A stretch of DNA of 64,000 bases from Cyanophora paradoxa CCMP329 (taxonomy: Eukaryota; Plantae; Glaucophyta). The position numbers and the translations under genes were made by a program. Shown piece by piece: positions 35,712 to 48,045 of the stretch. A model generated the notes under the pieces. The model was not told the origin of the DNA. It made no database searches and saw only the letters and a program-made list of their open reading frames with translations. How positions within the stretch are numbered: the first letter of the stretch is position 1; the number at the start of each line of letters is the position of its first letter. Where the stretch lies: NCBI GenBank assembly GCA_004431415.1, contig QPMI01000470.1, positions 62,001 to 126,000 on the forward strand, written 5' to 3'.

Positions 35712-38700
35712 CTACAGGAACGGCGCGTTCAGGTCGGGGAACAGGTCCCCGGCCTCCAGTACCCCCTCCTCGGGGGGCAAGTCGGGGCCGTCGCCCGCCC
35801 CGCGGGCCTCGGCGTGGGCGAAGCGCTGAAAGTCGTACCCCGCCAGGCGGCTCCCCAGGCCCACGTCTCCGTAGAGGCGGCTCTTCGGGAGGCTCTGCCG
35901 CCGCTGCTGCGCGTGCGGCGCGACGGGCGCCGAGGCGCGGCGCGAGCCGACCGCGCTCCGCGGCCGCGGCCTCGCGCCCCGCTTGGAGCCGGAGCCCGCC
36001 GCCGCCGGCGAGATCCGGTACCCCGGCGGGGGAAGGGGCTCTGGTTGCGCAGGAGCGGCGCCTGGGGCGGGAGGCTGAGGCTGTAGTACCCCGGGTCGTT
36101 GGGGTGCGGCGGGAGCGGCGGGACTGCCGGCGGGCGCCCGCGGCCGAGCCGGAGCCGGAGGAGGGGGCGCGAGGGCGAGGGAGAGCGCGCCGTCCGGGGC
36201 GGCGAGCGGGCGCGCAGGCGCGACAGGACGGCGGCGACGTACTGAGCGATCTCGTCGGGCCCGGCCGAGGCCGGCGGCGGCGGCACCTCCGACGCCACCG
36301 CCGCCGCCAGCGCCGCCGCCGCCGCCGCCGCATCCCCGCCGAGGGCCGCCGCCCCGCCGCGTGGGGCGGCGCAGGCGCCGGTCCGGCCCTGCGGCGGCGC
36401 GGGTGAGTGGGCGGAGGCGGGGCGGGCGTAGTAAAAGGGTCCGGCCGGCCGGGCGCACGGGGCCGGGCGGAGAGGGGGCCGTGGGGGCGGCGGGCCGGCC
36501 GTCGTCGGCGGGCCGGGGCGGGGGCGAGGCCCGCGGCGGCACCGGCGGCGGCGGCGGCGGCTCGTCCGAGAGCCCCTCGAAGCCCCAGTCGGGGTACTGG
36601 CGCTCCGCGGGCAGGCCAAGGCCCGGGGCCGCCAGCACGTGTACCCTCCTGTGGTCCTCCAGCTCCGCGATGATGTCCTGGTGGGGGGGGGGAGGTCAGG
36701 AGGTACAGGAAGTTGTCCAAGGGGGTACACGAACCTCGTAGGTCGCCTGGCGGCCCTTTCGCGGGGAGGGGGCGGGGGCGCGGCGGTGGGGGCGGCGCGG
36801 GGGCGTGCGGGGCCGAGGTGGGGCGGGCGGGGCGGGCGGCCGGGGGCGGGGCGGGAGCGGGCCGGCGGGGAGGGCCGGTGCCCGTGGGAGGTGCCGGGCC
36901 GGGGCGGGTGCGGGGCCGCGGCGGGGGCCGCCCGCCGGCGGCGGCGCCGCGGGGCGTTCCCCGCGCGCTGTGGGCGGGGGCGGCCGCGCCGGCCGATCGG
37001 GCCGAGTCCGGCCCGGCGGAGGAGCGGGCCGAGTCGGGCTGGCGCGGCTGGGGCGGCTTGCGGGGGCTCACGACGTGGGAGGGTACACGGGGGGACACGG
37101 CGGCGCTTCGTGCGCGGCGCGCCGTCTCCAGGTTGTCCTTCTCGCGTACCCAGGAGGGCCGCGTGTCGGGCAGGCGCCCGATCTGCGAGCCGACGCGCAG
37201 CTCCTCCCGCAGCAGCTCCTCGATGGCCGTCCGCCGGTGCGCCGTGAGCATGCGGTACGTCCGCCGCGCCGCGTAGCCGCGCCAGGCCGCCTGCAGCCGC
37301 ACCGCGGCCCCCACCTCCGCCTGCCCCCCCGCTGAGCGAAGGGGGAGAAAGAGGCGCGGGGGTACGACGCACGTCGCCGGCGGCGTGGGCGATACGGCGG
37401 CGGGCGAGGAAGGATCGGGCGGCGCCCTGGATGCGCCGGGCCGCCTCCTCCTCCGCGGGTTCGCCTGCCGCGCGCCCCGCGGGCTCGCCGAGCGTGGCCC
37501 GTACGCGTACCCCGCGCCGAGTGCGGGCGGGGCCCGAGGGCCGAGGGCGGCCGGCCGCCGCCGCCGCCGCCGCTGCGGGCGGTGCCGGGGCGGGCCGACG
37601 TGGGGCGGGGCGACGAGGCGGCCGACTGCGGCCGGCGGGTGCTGTACGCGAGGTTCGCCGAAGCCGGCCGCGCCGGCGCCTGCAGCGGCGTCGCCCCCTC
37701 CACGCTCCCCGCCCGCACCTTCCCGCGCCGCGTCAGAACGACAAGGGGAGGGGGGAGTGAGAGAGGGGTACAGGCTCGCCTGGAGGTGCCGGGCGCGGAG
37801 GCTGTGGACGTACCCGTCCGCGTCGGGCCGGCAGTGCCGCTCGCACTGCAAGCAGACCGACTGGCCCGACTGAGGCGGGCGGGCGCGCCCGTCAGAGCCA
37901 CGTGGAGGGGGGGGAGAATCGGGAGGGGGTACGCGCGCACGGGATCCGTGAGGCGGAGGGCGGAGCACCAGAGGAGCCACAGGCGTCCCTCGCGGTCGAT
38001 CTTGACGTGCAGGATCATCAGCCGGACCTGCGCATGCGGCGCCTGCGAAAGTGATGGAGAGAGGCGCGCCTTGTTCTTTGGCTTCAGCTCCTCGATGAGC
38101 TCGACCAGGCCCCGGGCCGCCCTCTCGAAGATGCGGCGCAGCCCGTTGCTCGGGAAGATCGCCCCTGGGTACGCAGAACAATGGGCGGGGGCGGGGCGGG
38201 GGACGGCAGGTGAGGGGGGTACGGGCGCGCACGGTTCACGGAGAGGTAGTCGGGTTCGAAGAAGGTGGAGCAGCGGGCGGCGCGGGCCAGCGCGTGGTCC
38301 GAGAGGCGCGAGTGGTTCGCCCGCTGCTCAAGCACCAGGTTCTCCGGCAGGTACGTCACGCGGTACGTCACTGCCGTGGTACACGATTAGAAGCCTTGTG
38401 CGCTTGTACGTCGGGTGTGGAAGGGCGGCGCACCCTCCTTGTCGAGGTGGGGGTACTTGACCGCGTCGGCGGGGTACACGAACTGCTGAATCATTCCGTC
38501 CTCGTTCTTGGCCGTCCACAGGAATTGCTCTGCGTGGGGGAAGAGGCGTGAGGGGGTACCGGGGCGGGTCCGGGGGAGGGGGGCGGGGTCGAAGAGGGGG
38601 GTACGCACTCAGGGACTCGGTGTCAAAGTAGCGGAAGGAGAGGGGGTCCAGCGATTCGGGCTTGCCGTCTGGGGGGGAGGGAGCGGGGGTACGGGGTGAG

Positions 38701-39760
38701 CACGACGGAGAGAGGGCTTCATCTGAGTCGGGTCGTACCGGCGGCGGAGGCGCGGCGCGGGGAGGGGGGCGACTGCGGCGGGGGGGAGTCCCGCGGAGAC
38801 CCGGGGGCGAGTTGCGGGGCGAGTTGCCCTGCCGGCCGCGAGGCGTCGGCAAGAGGCCGCGAGCGGGTGCAGGAATGGGGGAGGGGTACGAGGCTCACCT
38901 TGGGCGGGGAGGCCGGGTCGCGCCGCTTGCGTACCCCCATGTAGTACTCGACGATGTCCCCCCCCTCCCGCGTGGGCCGGCCGAACGTCTCCATGATCGC
39001 CTGCGCCGAAAACCTCTTAGGCGGAGCTTTCACGGATCCGGCGGGGGGTACATGTACGGCACCTTGATCGTGACCTTGGACTTCTGAACCTGAACCACGT
39101 TGCCGCTCTCGGGGTCTGCGCGGCTCAGGCTCAGATGATGAAGGACGGGCGGAAAGGAGAGAGCAGCCGTCTCTGAGGGGGTACGGACCGCTGTAAAACC
39201 ACCCGACGAGCGCGCCGCCTCTGTACACGAGCGTGCGGGGTATGAAGATGCCAAGACTCTGCGCGCGGGGCCGGCCGGCCGGGACGTCAGAGGGGGCGGG
39301 GCGGGCGGGGAAGCCCGTTGGCGGCCCGGCGCACTGCAGGGTCGAAGTAGCTTCCGTCCTGCGCGCGGATCGGCGTGAGTGAGGGAGGCGAGCTGCGGAG
39401 GCGCAAGCGGCGGGCGGGCGGGCGGGGGGGGGGGGGGGGGGGGGGGGGGGGCGGACCGGCTTCTTCTTCTGCTGGCCGGCGGCGCTCATGCGCTGGTGCA
39501 TGAACTGCAGCAGCCGGTCCACTGCAAAGGGCGCAAAGTCAAAGGGAGCGCTCGGATCGCGGCTTGCCACGCTCAGGGGGGACGCACCGAAGCCGATGGC
39601 GTCGGAGTGGGGGCAGTACTGCATGTGGCGCTTCTGGGGCGACTTCTCGTCCTCCACCGAGCTCTCCGTGGCGGTGTACGAGTACTCGCTGCCCCCGAAC
39701 GACGACGCGTCGTGGCCGGGGAGCCCTTCAGCCGGGGTAGCTAAGGCCGCAGATCTGCTC
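35712..39760 (-). CDS. Multi-exon protein with IQ calmodulin-binding motif, resembling uncharacterised proteins of flagellated protists
   Basis: Exons LGIFIPRTLVY, EQFLWTAKNEDGMIQQFVYP, VLEQRANHSRL...CSTFFEP and ILHVKIDREGRLWLLWCSALRL; IQ motif AAVRLQAAWRGYAARR (~37260-37310). Start not resolved. Confidence 0.6.
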
Positions 39761-42329
39761 GAAGCCTGGCGCGCATTTCATCTGCATCACGGCATCGAGC
39801 CACGCGCGCGCGCCGCGGCGTGCGCGCCGCGGGCGCCGAAGCTGCAATTTGAGGCACAGCACAGTGCAAGCCCGCAAGCACTGCGAGCCTCGGAGGTAAG
39901 TTCAGTACAGGAAGACGATATAGAACCGGCAACCGCACCTCAGAGCGAGCAGACAGGCGTGCGGGCCGGGGCGCGCGTGCGGCCACACGGGCCCATGGCC
40001 ATGGGCAGGTCTACGCGCTGCTGAGCCATTTCCCTAGGTCATAGACGCCGGGCGCGCATCGCACTCGCCTCGAGCCGCGCGCGTGCGCGCTGACACCTGC
40101 AATCGACCGCACCGCACAAGATCGCAATCGACCGCGGGTAAGACGAGCACAGGAGGTCAGTAGAGGTAGAGCGTACCGGCACCGCACCGCAGAGCGCATC
40201 GCGCTTCGAAGCGCGAGGAGCGAACTTCGGAAGGCAGCCCGCGGCCGGCGAGTGCTGTACCCCAATCCCGCACAGGATCTCGCTCCACAGCGTGCGGGCG
40301 AGCAGCTGGACGGGAGGAGACGCTCAGCCTCCACGCGGAAGCGCCGCAATGACCGCTAGTGGAGGTCGCCGCAGTGACCGCTAAGCGCCTAGGCGGAGGA
40401 CTCCGGGACATTGGTCCGCACAGCATTCTCAGTATGCATGCTGCGATGTCCACGCCGACGCACGCCCGCGGCAGGTCGCGCCGCGCCGCGCTTGAATGGA
40501 CCAGATTGCACAGAAGCATCGCTAGCTTGTGGACGGGGCGGGGGCCGAAGGGCGGGGGGCGGCGGAGTCGGCGGGCGGGGGGCGGGGCCGATGGGATGGC
40601 GGAGGGGTACGGTCAGGGGGGACGGGGGGCGGCGGGGGGCGGAGCGGGCGTCGGCTCGGGGGTGGGCGCCGGGGCCGAGGCGCGGGGCGGGCCCGGGAGG
40701 CCGGCGGGACCCCACCGGTCCCGCGGGTCGGGCGAGGGGCGCGGGCGGGGTTACCGCGCGCCTCCAAGGGACGGGTACGGCCCCGCTCGGCCCGGCGGTC
40801 GCGGCCGCGGGCGGCGGCGGGGCGCTGCCGAGCAGGCCGTACCCCCTCGGCCTAGGTGCCCCGCGGCTGTCCCGCTCGGGAGCAGCTGCAGGGGCCGCCG
40901 GCGCCGGCTCCGGTGCCGTGCCCAGGGGGGGGGGGGGGGGGGGGGGGCGGCGGCCCCGGCTCGGACCGCGCCGCAGCTGCCGACTCGGGCGGCCGTCCGA
41001 AGGCGGGGCAGAGCTGCTCCAGCCCCTCTTGCAGCGTCGCGCGCAGCGACGAGATCGAGGCCTGCAGGCGGGGGGTGGGGGGGGGGAAGGGGGGGGTGGG
41101 GAGGTGGGAAGGGGGGGCGGGGGGGCGAGGGGGGCTGCAGTCGGGGACCTGCAGCTCGGACCGTCGCAGGCAGCGACGAGGCCTGCAGGGGAATGCGGAA
41201 GAGGGAGGGGGAGGGGCGGGGGGGGGGGGGGCTACGGCACCAGCTCGTCGAGCTCGGCGGGGCCCCTGCGGAGGGAGGCGGCGTCTGCGGCGCGGCGGGC
41301 GAGGGCGGTCCACGGCTCCGGCCTCTCCCCCCCGCAGCAGGCCGCCAGCTCCGCCTTGGCGCGCTCCGCCACCGGTGCAGCCTCTGCCGACCCGTTTCGT
41401 GAGCTCGGGCCAAAGAAGGGAGGGGCGGGGCTCGGGCCTTTTTGGGGCGGGGTCGCTTCCGGCGCAGCTGCGTTAGCCGGAGGCAGGATCCGGAGCGCGG
41501 CGCTCGAGAGGAGCCACGCGGCCTCCTGTACCCTGTACCCCCGCGACTTCAGAGAGAGAAAGAGCGAACGAAGGCGAAGGAGAGCCCATAGAGAGCGCAC
41601 ACGGCGAGGGCCGAGCCGGCGCGGTACCCCTCCTCGGCCTGCCGCGGGCCTTGGCGGGGGCACCTCCCCCGGGCACCGGGCAAAGTGTTGTGCGGCCCCC
41701 GCGGCCGTCGCGCGCCATCCGATGATCGCGACCGCAAAGCACACCAAACATTTTTGAAGGTGAAGTTTGCCCCAAAACCCAGTGACTTGTACACGTGCAC
41801 GTGCACGAGCACGAGCGCGAGGGTGAATTTCTGAACCAAACCTTGCAATTGCGAGCAGGCTTAAGGCCTTGGGATAACTTAGCTTGCAAATCTTAAATGT
41901 TTGCCTCCGTCCCCTCCCCCCTCCCCCTCCCCCCCCTTCCCCCATCCCCCCCTTCCCCCCTCCCCCCCCCCCCCCCCCCCGCTGCCCCGCCTCCTGCGTA
42001 TTGAAACTCCGGGCCTTCGGATATCGAACAACAGTGTATATATGCAAAACCCTGTGGCCTGCTGCAACAACCCGATGGACTATATATATAGCTAGTACTA
42101 GCGAACAAACCCTCTCGCCGGCCGCGGCCGTGGTCACGGGTCGCCGAGTCGAATTAGGTATGCGGATCCAGATCACACCTACGGTCCCCCTGCTGGCCTG
42201 AGCGCATGCGCGATTGAGAGTCGACGGCAACGATCGCGCGACTCAGTGGTAATTAATTAAGTATAAAGCGCCCCATGGGCCTTAAGTATAAGTATAAGTA
42301 TAAACGCGACTTAAGTATAAAGCGCCCCA

Positions 42330-44048
42330 TGGCCAGATCCCCGGGCCCGCGTGCACGTGCGCACCGCCGAGACGTCGGGTTGAACGAGGTTAGCCTCGAA
42401 TTCGAAGACGTCCAGGTCCAGCTCCAGCTCCAGCTCGGTCTCCTCCTGTGGGGCCGAGGCTCAGATTCAAGTGCAGGGGCGGGGACCCCGGACCCGGGAC
42501 TCGGGATTTAGAGGGGGCCCCGGCCCGCGGCGGCCGCGTACCTCGCCGGCGAGGGTCTGGTCGGGCTCGTCGAGGCGGCCGTCCGCCGGGGGACCCTCCG
42601 CCGGGGCAGTCCCCGCCTGGGGAATGGCGCTGCAGTACTTGAGCGCGAACTGGTAGAAGCCTTTCCCCGCGTTCGCAGTGCAGGTCCTGCGCGCGCGCAG
42701 GGCGCAGGGCGCAACTGATCATGATCGAGTACTAGATGTGATCATCGCATTACGCAAGCTCTATATCTGCAAGTGAATCCGGAGGCAGCGCATGCGCATG
42801 CGCACTGGTACGTGGGAGGGCCGGTCACGGAGAGCTGCGTCCCGGCAGTGCACGTGCTCGTCGAAAAACAGGAGCCGCAATAGGGGCTGTTGACGACGGG
42901 TGTCGGGTCCGAGAAGGGAATGAAAGAGCATCCAATGGAGGTCCCGTTGCCTCCTTGGAAACAATCCCTACGCGCATACAGGTTATCGAGAATTAAATTA
43001 CAATGAATTGTAAGCTTATCGTAGTATGATAAAACTTATGCAGATATATAAATCGCACGTTTGGCTGCCCTTGACGCCCAAGCTTGTCCCCTACGTGAGC
43101 AAAAAACGAAAGCGCGCGCGATGTGAGCTGTCTTATTATTATCGTCAAACGCCGTGACGAATGCGCAATCAGGGCTGCTGGGCTCTTACACTGCCGTCAG
43201 GGCCGGACCAGCACATGCCCGAAGTCTCGTTGACGATGACGGTCGTCAGCTTCGTCAGTGTGCCGTTCGCTCTCGCTATGGTGTCCTCGGCCGCGGTCGA
43301 AAGCTGCCTCGACACGTGCGACTTTCCGCCGACAGCAGCGTCGAAGCACTTCCTGCGGCACGCGGGCGAGTGTTCGCGACGAATGCACTTTAGAATCGGA
43401 AGATCAAATGCGTACTTGTAGTCTATAGTATCGCCCAAGGAAACCCCAGTGCCGTTGTAACCGTCGTAGCAAGTTCCCTGCGTACGTACACGGAGCAACC
43501 ATGTGTCAGCAGCTAGCGCTGCAGCTGCATACTGTGCACATGACGGCGAATTCGAAAATCGGGGGTTTGGACCGTCGGACTACCTTGGAGAACTGATTCT
43601 CGCAGGACCATCCGCCCATGTTCGTGTAAATTCCTTTCATGGCATCGTAAGTCTCAGCAAAAACTGCAGAGCCTCCCTTTGCCCAGCACTCGCTGCGCGC
43701 GCCGTAAATTAATTATCATAAATACCTCGAGATGCAGACGGAAATTCAGAAAGGCTCTTCGGCACACTCCCTGATGTCGACCGGGCCGAGGCTGGTCGCC
43801 ATGACACCATCGTACTCGGTGATACCGCACCTGTCGACGTCGCCAGAAATTGAGAATGAACAAAAGTGCTCGCAGATCATTGCAATTGGATGTCACAATC
43901 AAAGCCAGATGCAGATTATTAGCACAGTTCGCAAGCGCACAAAAATTGATGAGCTCACCCGAACTTGTCCCAGCACGTGAGGATTGGCTTGCTATCCCAG
44001 CTCGTATACGTAACGGTGCCGTGCGTCGTCATGGTGGATTCCGCGCAT
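42330..44048 (-). pseudogene. Cys-containing multi-exon host gene, 5'-truncated by the viral-type segment at ~44050
   Basis: Exons CAESTMTTHGTVTYTSWDSKPILTCWDKFG (then GTGAG donor), GDVDRCGITEYDG, GTCYDGYNGTG...MCWSGPDG and RTCTANAGKGFYQFALKYC. No start codon before the AT-rich junction. Confidence 0.45.
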
Positions 44049-44321
44049 GAACCATGAACCATTTTCATTGTCCCATCGTGCGCCGTATTGTTTCGCTTCT
44101 TCTTTTTCGCTGTAAGGAACCGTGATATATACAATTTGATCGATTCCTTTTACTTCCTCTTTTGTGAGTTGTTTATACTTTTTCAAAAGTTCGCTATCTT
44201 TTTTAGTAGTATACCAAAGGTGAGTATCCGGATCCCATCGACCACCCATTTGTTTAACTTCCTTACGATCCTCGTAGCGTGAGACAATATAATAGCGGGT
44301 TGCTTTTGGTTTGGGTTCCAT
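43992..44321 (-). CDS. Tandem DUF5710-like protein (viral/plasmid type); the last ~18 codons read into host sequence
   Basis: YIVSRYEDRKEVKQMGGRWDPDTHLWY and YITVPYSEKEEAKQYGARWDNENGSWF; AT-rich and intronless. Confidence 0.75.
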   Translation of the reverse strand: MEPKPKATRYYIVSRYEDRKEVKQMGGRWDPDTHLWYTTKKDSELLKKYKQLTKEEVKGIDQIVYITVPYSEKEEAKQYGARWDNENGSWFMRGIHHDDARHRYVYELG

Positions 44322-44699
44322 TTTTAACAGAAGTTTAGATAAATCTTTATGTGATTAAAACGTATTCGATAGGGTGAATACAGGTAATCGAAGAAAATGA
44401 AATTTTGGTTTTGAATCGGGGGGATTACGTGGGGAATTGGTGTGGTTTCGGTGTGGGGATTACGTGGTATTGGTGTGGTGTTGGTTTGGTATTGGTGTGG
44501 TGTTGGTTTGTTGTCGGTTTGGTTTATTTTTTCGATCAAAGTACGACAATCGAGAAATTCCGTATATTATCGTGTAAAATGAATCGAAAAATCGGTTATG
44601 GTAAGGATTTATGAAATTCTATAAGATGTGAGACGATATATGGTATTGTGGGGCAGAACGCCCAATATACCATTTTTTGACTCGGATTTGGTTTGATGT

Positions 44700-44972
44700 C
44701 AGGGTCTTCACGGGCGTGGTGGGGGACGAGGCCGCGCGGCGGGCGCTCTTCCTCTGCCTCGGCCGCCCCGTCTCCTCCGCCTTCCGGTCCGCCCCACGCG
44801 CAATCGCGAGGCGCCTGCGGCCGCCGTACGGAGTCGAGCGGCACCGCGCGCGCCGCAGGCTGATGCTGGCGGCCGCGGGGTCGGTCGTCGTCGACGCGGC
44901 GACGTGCGAGCGGGTCGCGGAGGACTTTGTCGTCGAGGCCGCCAACTTTCCCTTCCGAGGCGAGGTGCCCGG
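44700..44972 (+). pseudogene. Host-type fragment of a degenerate class III nucleotide cyclase domain (two exons)
   Basis: RVFTGVVGDEAARRALFLCLGRPVSSAFR, a GT..CAG intron, then LMLAAAGSVVVDAATCERVAEDF...FRGE; matches the G-x-V-F-x-G-V-V-G...G-x-x-V-x-x-A-x-R-L-M pattern; GC-rich. Confidence 0.6.
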
Positions 44973-45256
44973 ACACATAGTAAAATGCGGAGTTTTAACC
45001 CTCGGCTTAATCTTAATTGATTTTGTTGATATATCTCGTATATTCTATTTCAATCAATCGATAATCTGTGTATATCTTATCGAATATTCATTTATTTCGA
45101 TTATTTTGTATTCTTTTCGATATTTTATCGTAAATTTCTCTTATTTTCCGATTAGTCTTACTGAGTTAATCGATAATCTGTATATATTTCCGAATAATAT
45201 AACTGAATCTCAATTAGATCTTGCCTCTGGTTAAAACTCCGCATTTTACTATGTGT
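44973..45256. repeat. Perfect 28-bp inverted repeat pair at the left end of the element
   Basis: acacatagtaaaatgcggagttttaacc (44973-45000) and ggttaaaactccgcattttactatgtgt (45229-45256); no TSD visible. Confidence 0.9.
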
Positions 45257-45497
45257 GATTGGTCTAAAAGTTAATTGATTTAATCGATATTATATTCATG
45301 TACTTTCTCGATTAAATGTAATTAAATTTAATTCATTTAATCGGAAACATATCGCTAAACTCGATTAAGATCCATAAAAGATTCATTTGTTAAATAAAAC
45401 AAATCGATCTCTTATTGAATTCAATCGTAATTATACATGAAATTGATATGTTTTTATCATGTTTTTATAAGTCTAAGGGGGGACCCTTAGGAATTTG

Positions 45498-45804
45498 GGT
45501 GTCACAGGTGTCACAGGTGTCACAGGTCAATCCCAAACTTTTGAGAGTTGATTTTTATATATATGAAAACTTTGGGATAGACCTGTGACACCTGTGAACA
45601 ACACCATTTATGGTAAGAGCCTCTTTTATATTGAAAAACTCAGTAACAATAAGTAAGAATTTTATCTATGTAATTCTACTTGAATAAACAAATGAAATAA
45701 TCGAGTGTCACAGGTGTCACAGGTCCATCCCAAACTTTTGAGAGTTCATTTTTATGCTATAGAAAACTTTGGGATAGACCTGTGACACCTGTGACACATA
45801 CCAT
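45498..45804. repeat. Two palindromic iteron arrays (GGTGTCACA)n - AT-rich spacer - (TGTGACACC)n
   Basis: Copies at 45498-45607 and 45705-45804. Confidence 0.9.
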
Positions 45805-46249
45805 ATTCAGTAAGGACCTCATATTTTGTGAAAATCTCAGTGTTAGTTGGTGTAGTTGATTCAAAAAATGCATTTTAAACTCTGATTCATTGTTATTTCC
45901 TGTGAAATTTGAGTCAACTCAACCCACTTAGTCAACCCTTGCATTGAATTCGTAACAAATTCCATATACTATTACTACTTTTACGATTAATATGAGTCAA
46001 CCTTGAGTCCACTTTAATATAAATATTATATAATAGGGGGAATCTAGGGGAGATGCTTACTAAATGCAGTGTCCGGGAAAATCTAAGATCCGGTTCGCGA
46101 AAGTAGCATTGTTGTATAGAGCATGCAAAGAGGATTCCGGCGATGGTCGCGGTTTTAATAGCTGATGAGTTGGTGAATAGTAACAGCAGTTTGTATGATT
46201 TTCTTGGATTTTTGGGTTCCGGAACCCAAACTTTACCCATTATCTATCC

Positions 46250-46356
46250 GTAACGCGTTACGCACGCGTTACGCACGCGTTACGCACGCGTTATGCACGC
46301 GTTATGCACGCGTTACGCATGCGTGACTCATGGGTTATGCATGCGTGACGTCACGT
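46250..46356. repeat. 11-bp CpG-rich tandem repeat (ACGCGTTACGC), about 9 units
   Basis: Directly visible; later units are degenerate. Confidence 0.9.
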
Positions 46357-46656
46357 CATATATGCATCATATATACACAAACCTCCGACATATAAACACT
46401 ATATATACACAAACCTCCGTTTTGCCGGTTGACCGAGAAAAAAATGTTTCGAAAAAATAGTAAAAAATATATATACATATACATTTTTATCGGCATCTTC
46501 AAACTGTCATATCTCATCACCAGATCATCAAAACGCAACGTTCTGCATAGCGCTGTGAAGCGCTTGATATGCTCTACAAGACTTTGTGTATATCATATGC
46601 ATATATGTATATCTGTCATACATATATTTGGAAAAAACTAGTTTTCGCCTAGCAAA

Positions 46657-48042
46657 CTAGCTAGTTTTGGTTCTTTCTCTTAGTGTTCTTTGAGGTTTAG
46701 GGGCTGTATATGACTCCTTAGTAGTCTGAAAGTCATTATACCATCTCTGGCTATTCACTTCTGAAAGTTTCTGTGTGCCTGCTATAGTGAGCTTTTTGAG
46801 TTCCCTATTAACTTTGCCAGTCTTCTCCTTTCTAGCCTCTATCAAAGGCTTATCTGGGACTTCATTAGCAGCTTCTATGCCCTCTCTTCTTATAGCAGCA
46901 TCAACCCTGGCTTCCTCTTTAGCTTGCTCTAAAGCATCTACTGTAGGGGTTTCCAGATACTCAACTGCATTCACAGGCAACAGCTCATGGAAAGCAAACC
47001 TGTTATCTATGATCTCTCCAGTGGGACTCTTTAGCTTAAACTTAAAGCCTTCTCTACTATTAACAGTGTAAACCATCCTAGACCAATTGTTACCCTGTTT
47101 AGCAAAGGGGTTCTTCTCTACTTTCACTCTAACAAACATGCCAGGCTGCATGGTATCAAGATAAGCTATTGATTTCTTGAATCTTTCATCTTCTAATCCC
47201 ACTATATACCTATAATGCTCCTCTGTAGTTTCACCTGGCTTCATCTTAGTAGCTGAGTGAACTGTATTATTGTAATTATACTCAATATCACCTAACACAT
47301 CAAAGAATCTAGCTGTATTATTGGCTATGCAGTAGTTTGTGATCAGTCTCTTAATCTGCTTGTTAAAGGCTTCAATTCGACCTTGGCTTCTGTGGTCAGC
47401 AGTTCCACTCACTTGGTGTTCTATGTATTTACTAGATAAATACTCCTGGAATATTCGATTTTGGAATTCACTCCCAGCATCTGATTGAACTTTTACTATG
47501 GGTCTTGCTACTCTCATTTCAAGCTGTTTAAATGCAGCTAATGTAGTGAGAGCTGATTTATCTCTGATAGGTATAATATACCCAGTTCTCAGTGTTGATT
47601 CCATTGCAGTCATAAAAGTATCATAGCCATTGTTTTGTTTCTTATAAGCTGGGAAAAAGAGCAAATCAATCACATAGGTATCAAGGGGTTGCCTGATTGG
47701 GACCATGGGATCTCTCTTTCTAGATATAGCAGGTGCATTGATCTGAACTACCTCTTGCTTTTTATAGAACTCTTGCAACTGCTTATAGGATTCTTCAGGT
47801 AACTCAGCCCTCATAGCTTGAAGCCCTTTGTAACCAGTTCTCACATCATAGAATCTCTTGGCAATCTTGCTAGTTTCTTTCACTGCAATAGCAACTGGGA
47901 TCTCCACAGGGACAAGCTCTTTCATCTCAGACTTTTTGACAATTCGAGATTCCCCCTTTTCCTCCTTTGGAACTGTGATAGGCAATAGGTTACCTTGTAG
48001 TTGATCAGTGGTTCTCCTTACTATTCTTCCAGTTGCTGGCAT
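46657..48042 (-). CDS. Retroviral-like (rve) DDE integrase, Polinton type
   Basis: YVIDLLFF (D), VQSDAGSEF (D), GRIEAFNKQIK (E), YNNTVHSATKMKP; no chromodomain visible. Confidence 0.93.
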   Translation of the reverse strand: MPATGRIVRRTTDQLQGNLLPITVPKEEKGESRIVKKSEMKELVPVEIPVAIAVKETSKIAKRFYDVRTGYKGLQAMRAELPEESYKQLQEFYKKQEVVQINAPAISRKRDPMVPIRQPLDTYVIDLLFFPAYKKQNNGYDTFMTAMESTLRTGYIIPIRDKSALTTLAAFKQLEMRVARPIVKVQSDAGSEFQNRIFQEYLSSKYIEHQVSGTADHRSQGRIEAFNKQIKRLITNYCIANNTARFFDVLGDIEYNYNNTVHSATKMKPGETTEEHYRYIVGLEDERFKKSIAYLDTMQPGMFVRVKVEKNPFAKQGNNWSRMVYTVNSREGFKFKLKSPTGEIIDNRFAFHELLPVNAVEYLETPTVDALEQAKEEARVDAAIRREGIEAANEVPDKPLIEARKEKTGKVNRELKKLTIAGTQKLSEVNSQRWYNDFQTTKESYTAPKPQRTLRERTKTS

Positions 48043-48045
48043 CTC

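Noticed and set aside
40400-41530. Possible further minus-strand exons
   Set aside because: Exon-like segments exist between G/C homopolymer introns, but no coherent product or motif could be assembled.
1-44000. Hundreds of long Arg/Pro/Gly/Ala-rich ORFs in the six-frame track (e.g. 35641-38232, 40411-41757)
   Set aside because: Expected artefacts of very high GC content and read-through of introns; the real genes are spliced.
45498-46356. CRISPR-like reading of the short repeats
   Set aside because: No regular unique spacers, no cas genes, eukaryotic context.
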